Assembly: GCA_043732305.1 (NCBI GenBank)
Contig: JAYTHU010000149.1
Location: 1-11,455, forward strand
Source: Oligoflexia bacterium
Lineage (GTDB): Bacteria; Bdellovibrionota; Bdellovibrionia; JABDDW01
Length of the DNA stretch: 11,455 nucleotides
Direction of reading: 5' to 3'
This document shows positions 1 through 7,520 of this stretch, one piece after another. A program made the position numbers and the translations under genes. Within the stretch, counting starts at the first letter, position 1. Each line of letters starts with the position of its first letter. Below the pieces are notes generated by a model. The model searched no databases, was not told the DNA's origin, and was given only the letters and a program-made list of their open reading frames with translations.

Positions 1-423
1 AGTAAAGAAATAAACAAAATAAAAGTTTATTATGACGGCCTTTGCCGGGTCTGCAGTCGAGAGATCGATCATTATAAATCTCAAACAGGGGCAGAGAATA
101 TAATCTTCGTAGACATTTGCGCTACCGGATTCGATCCTTTGAAAGAAGGTCTAGACCCACTCCAAATTCATAAAGAAATGCATGTGCGCCGAAGCGATGG
201 AAGGCTCGCGACACGTGTTGAGGCTTTCGTGGTGATCTGGGAAGCCTTACCTAAATTCAGATATCTTGCTCGTTTCGCTAGGCAACGCCAGATTCGTGGA
301 TGCCTTGAGGCGGGCTATTCGATTTTTGCTAAAATTCGGCCATGGCTTCCGCGGAAAAAAGCCTCAGCGGAATGCCAGGACAGCCCATACTGCGAGGTTA
401 AAAATGTTAAAACTACCCGTTAA
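1..423 (+). CDS. DUF393 / DCC1-like thiol-disulfide oxidoreductase family protein (5' end lies outside the window)
   Basis: Frame 1 is open from base 1: SKEINKIKVYYDGLCRVCSREIDHYK...IIFVDI...FDP...GLD...MHV...DG...VEAF..IW..LP. It carries the family YDGxCxxC motif (Cys codons 43-45 and 52-54). The ORF-track start at 139 (TTG) omits this motif. Stop TAA at 421-423. Confidence 0.9.
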   Translation, partial: SKEINKIKVYYDGLCRVCSREIDHYKSQTGAENIIFVDICATGFDPLKEGLDPLQIHKEMHVRRSDGRLATRVEAFVVIWEALPKFRYLARFARQRQIRGCLEAGYSIFAKIRPWLPRKKASAECQDSPYCEVKNVKTTR

Positions 424-865
424 TTTTCAATCTTCAGCCACTGCCTCCGGCGATCCCCTCGAGCCTTGGCTCATTCAATCTGGCGCCCATTCTGCAATGG
501 TCTCAATACCCCCAGAATTTGGCGGTCAGGGCGGAGGATTTTCTCCAGAGGATTTATTTTTACAGGCATTGATCAATTGCTTTATTGGAACCTTCAAAGT
601 CTACGCAAAAGGCTCCAAAATTTATTTCACTAATCTGGAAGTTTCAGGCAACTTGAAGATTGACCTCAATTCATCCGGCGCTGTGCGTATGCAAACCTGT
701 GATTTGAAAATCGACATCTTTGATGTCGAAAAGCCCGATCGCGTGAAAGCTCTTGTCGAAAAGGTTTTTCGCGACGGCTTCATTCTGAACTCCGTCAAGA
801 CTGAAATCCATCACTCTTTAGTTATTCACGAGGTGAACAATGTCCAAACATCTGAACCATCCTAA
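404..865 (+). CDS. OsmC/Ohr family protein (153 aa)
   Basis: ATG at 404 is preceded by GAGG (394-397) and overlaps the end of the DUF393 gene. Motifs: PPEFGG..GFSPEDLF..ALINCF..TF and C-terminal FILNSVK. The track start at 266 would overlap most of the upstream gene and is unlikely. Confidence 0.85.
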   Translation: MLKLPVNFQSSATASGDPLEPWLIQSGAHSAMVSIPPEFGGQGGGFSPEDLFLQALINCFIGTFKVYAKGSKIYFTNLEVSGNLKIDLNSSGAVRMQTCDLKIDIFDVEKPDRVKALVEKVFRDGFILNSVKTEIHHSLVIHEVNNVQTSEPS

Positions 866-1436
866 GAAAAGTCCATTCACGCTGAAATCCATACTTCGCA
901 AAATTCTCTTAGTCACTTATTTACCCGCCGTTACGGCTTGCTCGTCGGCCTCTTTCCCCACGGTAGAGAAAGTTGATCTCGAGCGCTTTATGGGAACTTG
1001 GTACGTCAGCGCGGGGAGATTCACGATGTTTGAAAAAAATATCAATAATGCTGTGGAAATTTATCGATACGATCATGCGACGGATACGATCGACATCAAC
1101 TTCTCCTATCGAAAAGATTCTCCTGAAGGCAAAGAGAAAAAAATCCCGCAAACGGGAAAAGTTGTGGAAGGAACCAACAATGCACATTGGTTAGTGTCAC
1201 CTTTTTGGCCCCTCAAATTCGATTACCTTATTATTGCACTAGCAGACGACTATTCTTGGGTTGCTATTGGGGTTCCAAACCAAAAATACCTATGGATCAT
1301 GAATCGGAAAAAACAAGTTAACCGCGAAGAGCTGGATCTAATCAAAAACCGCTTGAAAGCAATCAACTACAATATTGACGGTATTGAAGTCGTGCCGCAA
1401 AAATGGACATCAACTGAGGCGACTACGTCAAAATAA
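840..1436 (+). CDS. blc: Blc-like lipocalin, outer-membrane lipoprotein
   Basis: SD GAGGTG at 830-835 and a lipobox-like VTAC|SS. Lipocalin motifs: VDLERFMGTWY, V.PFWPLKFDYLIIALADDYSW, YLWIMNR. Confidence 0.9.
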   Translation: MSKHLNHPKKSPFTLKSILRKILLVTYLPAVTACSSASFPTVEKVDLERFMGTWYVSAGRFTMFEKNINNAVEIYRYDHATDTIDINFSYRKDSPEGKEKKIPQTGKVVEGTNNAHWLVSPFWPLKFDYLIIALADDYSWVAIGVPNQKYLWIMNRKKQVNREELDLIKNRLKAINYNIDGIEVVPQKWTSTEATTSK

Positions 1437-1452
1437 AATACCTCAAACAACC

Positions 1453-2475
1453 CTAGAAAATAATGTCTACTTCTAAGTTTAGGCCCGGCGACCACTTGAA
1501 ATCTAGATTACGCGGGAAAATCAAGTAGGGCAAAATCGTGTAGTGCAAAACATTTCGGTAAAGCTTGTGAGTAAACCCACTGCCAATCGTATACGAATCC
1601 AAATGATAAGCTGGCCGACTGGATGCTTCATATATCAGAGAAGTTTGCTGGGACATACGATCATTGTAAATATAGGTAAGCAACAAACCATTGTTCGTTG
1701 AAAATAAGTTCGTTTGATCTTGATACTGTTCTTCATCTATCACCGACAAAATAAATCTTCGACTTATTTTCACATCAAAATTCAAAGCCAGAAACTGACC
1801 AATCCCTGTGTCTGAGCGAGCAAAGAATTGCGCATCTGGATGGAAAGATGAGGGGCCACTTGAACTTGAACTCGTGAGTTTCATAAAATAAGAAAGTTGA
1901 ATCCCACTTCGAAATTCGACTCGAGGTTCAAATTCAACCTGCACTTCCCCTAACTTTTGGAGTACGCCAATAGTGGCGGCAGCATCATCTTGGATTGGCG
2001 AGGTTTTTAAACGATCTCTATTGATACCACGACTTTCCTGATCTTCGTTATAAGTGGCAAATTTCAAGAAAAACTTTTTTTCTAAATTTGGTAAATCCAA
2101 ACGTAAATCAAGGTGGGGCGTGTACACAAATGGTCCACCTTCGGGCCAATTCAATTGGTTTCGGATCACGATCTGGGTAAGATTTTTTCGGTCTGAAAGC
2201 TTCCCACCAGTTAATGCAAGATCGACACCTGTGATTATATCATCAATTTTCTTTCTTACTTTTATATCCTCTTCAATTAACTTTTTATCGAGTGGCTTGT
2301 CGTCAAGATCTGGGAGATCAGCTGGCAGATCCGTAGTCACGGGAGATTCAGAGGAACTCGGAGAATGTGAAAGAGCTGGTTGGCCGGCTAGGCCAATGGG
2401 CTTGCGTTCTGCAACGGCGAAAATGCAAAAAGTCACTACCGATAAAAATAAAAGAGAAGACTTTCTATTCAGCAT
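1453..2475 (-). CDS. Hypothetical exported protein, probable outer-membrane beta-barrel
   Basis: N-terminal Sec-type signal (MLNRKSSLLFLSVVTFCIFAVA), a Ser/Pro/Asp linker, many amphipathic alternating segments, and a C-terminal beta-signal-like GLNLEVDIIF ending in Phe. Confidence 0.7.
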   Translation of the reverse strand: MLNRKSSLLFLSVVTFCIFAVAERKPIGLAGQPALSHSPSSSESPVTTDLPADLPDLDDKPLDKKLIEEDIKVRKKIDDIITGVDLALTGGKLSDRKNLTQIVIRNQLNWPEGGPFVYTPHLDLRLDLPNLEKKFFLKFATYNEDQESRGINRDRLKTSPIQDDAAATIGVLQKLGEVQVEFEPRVEFRSGIQLSYFMKLTSSSSSGPSSFHPDAQFFARSDTGIGQFLALNFDVKISRRFILSVIDEEQYQDQTNLFSTNNGLLLTYIYNDRMSQQTSLIYEASSRPAYHLDSYTIGSGFTHKLYRNVLHYTILPYLIFPRNLDFKWSPGLNLEVDIIF

Positions 2476-2492
2476 TGGCCTATCTTTATTCC

Positions 2493-3098
2493 GTGAATAC
2501 TTTCCGCCTCTGGGCTTTCATATCAATATCCGTTTTTACTCTGTCTGCGCAAGCGCACCGACCCCACGAGGGCAAAGTTTTTGCGACAGTAGGCCCTTAT
2601 TTTTACCAAACTCAAGCGGTACATGCACCTGATTTAAAGTACGCTCCCCCACTTGTTGGCGCAGGACTTATTGCTGAAGGAGATTTGGGCGATGACGGCG
2701 GCGCCGAAGGCGGAATGTTCTACATTGATAAAACATATCAAAGAACATTCCAAAGCGGTATTGTCGTTATGAAAACTGACAAACTTATTGTGCCATTAGG
2801 ATATCGTCGCTGGTTTGGCGAAAAAATATCGGGCGGAGTTTTTCTTACATCACTTTTTTCAGTGGGTGACCCTCGAATAATTTATTCGACAGTCGGATAT
2901 TCTGATCAAACCACCGGAGCATCAGTGCTGGTAGAATATGCAGCGGATTTATCTGTGCAATGGGAAGCATGGACCAATGGGACTTACTCTTTGTTGCTCG
3001 ACGGACGATATTCAATCTCCCTCACCCCTCATTCAAACGAAGATGCCAACCAGTTTGGCTTACTGATTGGCATCAAGTACTTGATAAAAGAAAAATAA
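2493..3098 (+). CDS. Hypothetical exported protein, probable small outer-membrane beta-barrel (about 201 aa)
   Basis: GTG at 2493 gives a clean signal peptide (MNTFRLWAFISISVFTLSAQA|H, AxA site) and avoids overlap with the divergent gene. Gly/aromatic amphipathic strands include IVPLGYRRWF, LLLDGRYSI and FGLLIGIKY. The start is uncertain because there is no clear SD. Confidence 0.65.
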   Translation: MNTFRLWAFISISVFTLSAQAHRPHEGKVFATVGPYFYQTQAVHAPDLKYAPPLVGAGLIAEGDLGDDGGAEGGMFYIDKTYQRTFQSGIVVMKTDKLIVPLGYRRWFGEKISGGVFLTSLFSVGDPRIIYSTVGYSDQTTGASVLVEYAADLSVQWEAWTNGTYSLLLDGRYSISLTPHSNEDANQFGLLIGIKYLIKEK

Positions 3099-3100
3099 AC

Positions 3101-4282
3101 TCAATGTCTTTGTTCTGGGTCAGCTGAAACTTCAGCAGCAACCGGTGGCGTCACGGCGGGTGACGACTCTGGTTCAGCGGCGACATCATTTTGCGCAGGC
3201 ATTCCCTTAATAACAGCAATACGATCATTCATTGCATCGAGTTGAGTCGTCTCATTGCCAGTCGGGCTTGAATTTTCAGAAGCTGGTACAAATGCCAAAG
3301 TTTTTTCTGGCTTCTCTAAATCTACAAAACCTTTGAAATCAAAAGATTTCCCTTCAAAGTTCACAATACCCTCCATAACAGCGGCATCGTCATAGCCGAT
3401 GATTTCGTAGTGCGTGACTGCAATATCTCCGTTAGAAAGCTTCACGTGCCTTCCCAACCCGTTAGCCATTTGTTGCGCAAGTTTTTTGGTGAAAGTTTGA
3501 ATAGCGGTTCTAAACCTAGCCTGTTTTTCGACAGGCATGGCACTCACGCCAAGCAAAAGCTGACGCAAGTTCTCAGTGGGATAATAAAGGCCATGATATT
3601 CAAACGGTCTTTGCAATTCTGGGTAAGCGTTATATTCGGCTTTGTACCAATTGCGATTGTACGAATCGTCTAATTTCGCAGCATAGAACCAGTAAACCAT
3701 TGGGTTATAAAAATAGGCGTCTATGTCCACAACCGGATGGAATCCCCAATAAAATCCCCCATAAAATGAATGGCTATGCCAGGGTCCCCAATATCCAGGA
3801 TGACCGATCATGAATCCATTATAGTGATTCACATATCCGTTAAAAACAACCGTTCGCTGCTCAAAAGTGGGACGATAGAAATTCACATAGTGCGCTCGCC
3901 CCACACTGACCACAGAGTTCACATGAGAATCAGGGCGCATATGATTTTCCACGCGATCATGAGCAAACGTCACTCGATTTAAATGATCCTGGGTCACGCG
4001 ATTTCCCATTGAATCGGGCCTAACAGGAACAGCGGTCCTCTGAAAATTCTTAGGAGCATTCGCTTTGTGATTCATCTGTTCTGAAGATCGACGAGGAGCT
4101 TGCTTTTGATAAGCAGGAAATTCTGATTTTCGATTTTGCTTTGGGATCGCTTCGGCTCGTCGACCTTCCATGCCGCCAGCTCGATGCTCTCGCTTTTCCT
4201 GCGCCACGCCTGGATGAGCGGTCAGAAGTATGCCGATGGAAAAAATTCCACAAATAAGTTTCAAACCAAATCGTGTATCCAT
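3101..4282 (-). CDS. Hypothetical secreted protein (393 aa) with an Arg-rich low-complexity region, an aromatic His/Gly-rich segment and a C-terminal globular-looking region
   Basis: ATG at 4282 is preceded by SD AGAGGTG (4293-4287). Signal peptide MDTRFGLKLICGIFSIGILLTAHPGVA|Q. The track start at 4327 (TTG) is less likely. Confidence 0.75.
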   Translation of the reverse strand: MDTRFGLKLICGIFSIGILLTAHPGVAQEKREHRAGGMEGRRAEAIPKQNRKSEFPAYQKQAPRRSSEQMNHKANAPKNFQRTAVPVRPDSMGNRVTQDHLNRVTFAHDRVENHMRPDSHVNSVVSVGRAHYVNFYRPTFEQRTVVFNGYVNHYNGFMIGHPGYWGPWHSHSFYGGFYWGFHPVVDIDAYFYNPMVYWFYAAKLDDSYNRNWYKAEYNAYPELQRPFEYHGLYYPTENLRQLLLGVSAMPVEKQARFRTAIQTFTKKLAQQMANGLGRHVKLSNGDIAVTHYEIIGYDDAAVMEGIVNFEGKSFDFKGFVDLEKPEKTLAFVPASENSSPTGNETTQLDAMNDRIAVIKGMPAQNDVAAEPESSPAVTPPVAAEVSADPEQRH

Positions 4283-4322
4283 TTTGCACCTCTCTGTTAA
4301 AAATCTTCTACTAGAGCAAATT

Positions 4323-4339
4323 TGCAAAGTTCATTCCGG
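4323..4339 (-). promoter_or_regulatory. Candidate sigma-54 (RpoN) -24/-12 promoter
   Basis: The minus strand reads CCGGAATGAACTTTGCA: GG (4337-4336)-N10-GC (4325-4324) with TTGCA, against the consensus YTGGCACGNNNNTTGCW. It lies about 30 nt upstream of the SD of the 3101-4282 gene. Confidence 0.5.
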
Positions 4340-4390
4340 CCCAAATCTACCTCAAATCTTTTCAGATCGGTCTTTCTTATACTCAAGAAT

Positions 4391-4428
4391 TTAAAAGGCT
4401 TCTCATATCAATCATGAGAACTTTTTAA
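4391..4428. repeat. Imperfect inverted repeat with perfect core TTCTCAT-N7-ATGAGAA (4400-4420)
   Basis: TTAAAAGGCTTCTCAT-atcaatc-ATGAGAACTTTTTAA spans the stop codon of the GT-C gene. It could be a protein-binding dyad or a weak RNA hairpin. Confidence 0.45.
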
Positions 4429-5835
4429 GTCAATGACCCTCACCGTATCAAATGTTCGAGTGGCTCCTTCAAAAGACAAATGTCTAGATTTGAAAAGTTC
4501 ACGAGCAACGTTCTCCAATGACTTTTCTTCAATCTGCCAGGTGACACCGCTCAAAATAAGAAAACGAATATTTTTAGACTGAACTTCTTCGATAAAATGC
4601 TTCTGATCTAAGATATCTGGAACGGTGAAACATTGAATTTCAAAAAAATTAATGCAATATCGAAATTTAAGCATCATCACGTTTCCGACATTTGCCTTAT
4701 TTTGCCGAATCCAATTTTTAACACCCACCAGACCGGGAGATTGAGTTTCCGGAGTGATAAATCTGTGAAATTCAAAAACATTCTGAATCTGCTGAAAACA
4801 TAAATGAACAGCGAAAATCACAGCCAAAGTTCTCACAAATTTCATTTTAGGTATTTTCGGTTTAAACTCTAAAAGAGCGAGCAAAAACATCGGAAGAAAA
4901 TATCGCAGCCCCTGAGGCAGCACGGAAAAAACTATCAAAACATAAACAACTAAACTTAATAAAAGAGCTCTATTTTTTCTGGCAGTATAAAAAATAACCA
5001 AGAGAAATGTTCCTGCAATAAACCGCCATAAGTATTGGAACCAAAGAGCTTCGTAGTTAAAGAGATGAATGAAAAGTGTTTGCGATAGAATCGCTGAGTA
5101 AGATTTAAAAACAGACCCGTACATTTGCGGGCCATAGAAATGCACTTTAGACCCGCGAATGAGATCTCCAAAAAACCAAATCGCAATAGTGATCGAAATT
5201 AAACCTGATGCCCAGGCGAGTTTGGAATGACGTTCTTTCCACAATGAACTCAAATGCAAAACACCAACTTGAGTGCGAGTGATACACTGCGCAGCAGCTA
5301 AACAAGGAACAACAATTAGTCTCCATCTGCTAGAAACCTTTAGGCTACAAATCAGATACGAAAAAATCAAAATAAAGTAACTGAAAGGTTCCGTGATCGG
5401 TTGAGATACAAAGTCACGGAAGAAACCATTCATGAAAAGGAAAATCGCAAAGGCTAGACCACTCCAACTAAATCCACTCAGATAAATGATCATGAGGAAA
5501 GAAGTGGAAATCAACACGGCTTGGAAAATTTTGATTCTGATTAAAGAAGAAGCCCACCCATTTTGCTGATTAGAGTAAGAGTCGGAAATTAAAAAGGACC
5601 AGATAAAGGGAACCAGAACCGGCCCCCGCACGCTAAATTGAGTCTTTTGACCGGCCGTGTTTGCGGCTAGTTCTGGCACAGGCGGCTTTGAACCACGGGC
5701 CCAAACTTTCGCTTCTAATTGATATTGATTGGTGTCATCCCAGCCACGAAATTTATCATCTATAAAACCAAAGAATGTCAAAGCGAGGAAAATCGAGAGA
5801 GTTATTACTATTTTTTTCTGTCTAGTTTCGAGCAA
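4408..5835 (-). CDS. Polytopic membrane protein, probable GT-C-fold (ArnT/PMT-like) lipid-linked-sugar glycosyltransferase
   Basis: TTG start with GAGG (5844-5841), overlapping the DUF983 stop. About 10 hydrophobic segments, an acidic DD..QY motif just after TM1, internal TEP and RYFLP motifs, and a soluble C-terminal domain are all typical of GT-C proteins. Confidence 0.65.
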   Translation of the reverse strand: MLETRQKKIVITLSIFLALTFFGFIDDKFRGWDDTNQYQLEAKVWARGSKPPVPELAANTAGQKTQFSVRGPVLVPFIWSFLISDSYSNQQNGWASSLIRIKIFQAVLISTSFLMIIYLSGFSWSGLAFAIFLFMNGFFRDFVSQPITEPFSYFILIFSYLICSLKVSSRWRLIVVPCLAAAQCITRTQVGVLHLSSLWKERHSKLAWASGLISITIAIWFFGDLIRGSKVHFYGPQMYGSVFKSYSAILSQTLFIHLFNYEALWFQYLWRFIAGTFLLVIFYTARKNRALLLSLVVYVLIVFSVLPQGLRYFLPMFLLALLEFKPKIPKMKFVRTLAVIFAVHLCFQQIQNVFEFHRFITPETQSPGLVGVKNWIRQNKANVGNVMMLKFRYCINFFEIQCFTVPDILDQKHFIEEVQSKNIRFLILSGVTWQIEEKSLENVARELFKSRHLSFEGATRTFDTVRVIDLKSSHD

Positions 5836-6166
5836 TCAGACCTCGATACTCCATGTGCACGCAGAATAGTTTGGCAAAATGCAGAGAAAAAGGTGAAATA
5901 AAAATCATTTCTAAAATTACCAACACCCCCACACCGACAACGGATGCCCCAGTCAAAAGGAGAAATAGAATAAAGGGAAATGTGGATAAACCCATCACAG
6001 ACAAGTTAATGTATAGCGGACCAGTAAAAGCTCCCGGATCTTTTTGAAAGACATAGCCGCAGTTTTCACAGGCGACTATAGATTTCAAAAAAAATTCTAA
6101 AATCGGAGCTTGCCCGCATTTGGGGCAGCGATTCTCGAACAGTCCAACTTTTGATTTTTCATTCAT
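5822..6166 (-). CDS. DUF983 domain protein (CxxC...CxxC zinc ribbon plus two TM helices)
   Basis: RCPKCG..PI...FLK...CENCG..F..DPG followed by two hydrophobic segments. SD-like AAGGA upstream. Confidence 0.8.
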   Translation of the reverse strand: MNEKSKVGLFENRCPKCGQAPILEFFLKSIVACENCGYVFQKDPGAFTGPLYINLSVMGLSTFPFILFLLLTGASVVGVGVLVILEMIFISPFSLHFAKLFCVHMEYRGLIARN

Positions 6167-6187
6167 AAGTTTCCTTCGGGCACGGAT

Positions 6188-6814
6188 TTATTGCGGGGGC
6201 GGCAAAGTGTTCTTGAATGATTCTCGCCCGGAGAGATTCACAATATATTTAAAACTTTTTGGGTATTTATCTCCAAAGAGATCAGAGAATCTAAACTGTA
6301 AGTAATTGAGAGCAATGACCCAATCTATATCGACTTGAGTCGGTGAACTTCCCACGATAAATTTCTTATCTCCAATGTAATTCTCAAACCGTTCGACAGA
6401 ATCTTTGAGCAGTTCTTTGTTTTCTGCAATGACCGATGAATCTCTCAGCGCCAGAGGTCTTTGAGTTTCAATAAAAGTCTCAACCGTGCGCTCACAAACG
6501 CCAACGGCTATTCCGGACCAATTCATCGCGGTGATTTTCTGATCACGATCAAACGGCATCCATGCGCTGTGTCTCTGTTCTTCGTAAAAAGCTTGAATGA
6601 TATAATTCGAATCCACAATCTCTTGGCCGTTCGCTAAAACCAAAACGGGAACTCGGCGCAGAGGATTATGTTTGTTCAATTCAGGATTAAATTCAAAAAC
6701 GTTGAAGCTTTTTTCTTGGAATGCAATTCCATGTTCTTGAAACATCACTCGCACACGACGTGCAAAGGGAGATCTCGCCGAAATATAGAGAGTGCTATTA
6801 TCAAACAATGACAT
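6188..6814 (-). CDS. Glutathione S-transferase family protein
   Basis: SPFARRVR, NPLRRVPVL, IVDSNYI and C-terminal VG..PTQVDI motifs; 208 aa; strong SD AAGGAG (6826-6821). Confidence 0.92.
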   Translation of the reverse strand: MSLFDNSTLYISARSPFARRVRVMFQEHGIAFQEKSFNVFEFNPELNKHNPLRRVPVLVLANGQEIVDSNYIIQAFYEEQRHSAWMPFDRDQKITAMNWSGIAVGVCERTVETFIETQRPLALRDSSVIAENKELLKDSVERFENYIGDKKFIVGSSPTQVDIDWVIALNYLQFRFSDLFGDKYPKSFKYIVNLSGRESFKNTLPPPQ

Positions 6815-6825
6815 GAAAAACTCCT

Positions 6826-7512
6826 TTAGAGATTGTAGGTGAGTTGTAAGCCGTAACCGCCGCCTTCAAAGGAAACGGGGCTGACATACATATCGTGCTT
6901 AAATGAAGATCTACCAAACATAATGCCAATGACAGCACCTGCAACCACATCACTGAACCAATGAGCGTTATCGGAAAGCCGCGCTAATCCAGTGAGAACT
7001 CCCAAACTGTAGGCGGGAATCGCCGCCACCCAACCATAGCTAATAGCTAAATTTGTGGCCGTGCAAAATGAAATTTGAGTGTGCCCTGATGGGAAAGAAG
7101 TGGCTGTGTTGCTATCTGGCCGACTTCTTTGAGTCGAATATTTTAGAGCATAGGTAACGGCAGTTGAAATAACCAAGCTTTCGGAATGTGCGATTCCGTC
7201 TGGCTCATCCCATATCAACTGAGTTCCGGCAATCAGGACTTCGGGAATTCCAGTGCCCCAAAAATTGCTGCCAAAACCCGACATATCCTTGCTCATGCGC
7301 TGGTTGTTCACCCAATTGTCGTGCATGGCCTGATCTTGAGTTGTGGCAAAAATAGTAGCGACAGTTCCGATTCCTAAAATCGCTAACCCTGGAGCGTCAA
7401 AGGCATCAGTGAAGGTATGCCCAAGTCCGCGAATAATATTTTCCGCATGAGCAATATTTAAAGGCAAAAACAATGCGGCAACGAGACTGATACTGCCAAT
7501 TAGATTTTTCAT
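6826..7512 (-). CDS. PAP2 family membrane phosphatase
   Basis: All three PAP2 motifs are present: KYSTQRSRP (KxxxxxxRP), SFPSGH and ARLSDNAHWFSDV (xRxxxxxHxxxD). There is an N-terminal signal peptide ending AHA. Confidence 0.92.
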   Translation of the reverse strand: MKNLIGSISLVAALFLPLNIAHAENIIRGLGHTFTDAFDAPGLAILGIGTVATIFATTQDQAMHDNWVNNQRMSKDMSGFGSNFWGTGIPEVLIAGTQLIWDEPDGIAHSESLVISTAVTYALKYSTQRSRPDSNTATSFPSGHTQISFCTATNLAISYGWVAAIPAYSLGVLTGLARLSDNAHWFSDVVAGAVIGIMFGRSSFKHDMYVSPVSFEGGGYGLQLTYNL

Positions 7513-7520
7513 TTAGTTAA

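Noticed and set aside
266..403. N-terminal extension of the OsmC ORF in the track
   Set aside because: It overlaps the DUF393 gene out of frame; ATG 404 has an SD and gives a family-typical length.
921..1194. Small ORFs 921-1187 (-) and 973-1194 (+)
   Set aside because: Both are nested in the lipocalin gene with no independent coding signals.
1437..1452. Terminators expected at convergent junctions (1437-1452 and 3099-3100)
   Set aside because: The gaps are only 16 and 2 bp and no GC-rich hairpin with a U tract is visible.
2367..2492. Longer start for the 2367-3098 ORF
   Set aside because: It overlaps the divergent gene head-to-head and would bury the signal peptide.
2054..2632. 192-aa + strand ORF
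   Set aside because: It is mostly the antisense shadow of the 1453-2475 gene and overlaps the 2493-3098 gene out of frame; no recognisable motif.
3410..4289. Small ORFs 3410-3673, 3770-3982 and 4050-4289
   Set aside because: They are antisense or alternate-frame shadows of the secreted-protein gene.
4408..5835. AT-rich look of the GT-C gene as a sign of horizontal transfer
   Set aside because: It is explicable by Phe/Ile/Leu/Lys-rich membrane protein codons. I saw no flanking repeats, integrase or tRNA, and GC content was not formally computed.
4956..7377. Small ORFs 4956-5186, 5719-5901, 5853-6047, 6120-6305 and 7186-7377
   Set aside because: All overlap better-supported genes and show no motifs.
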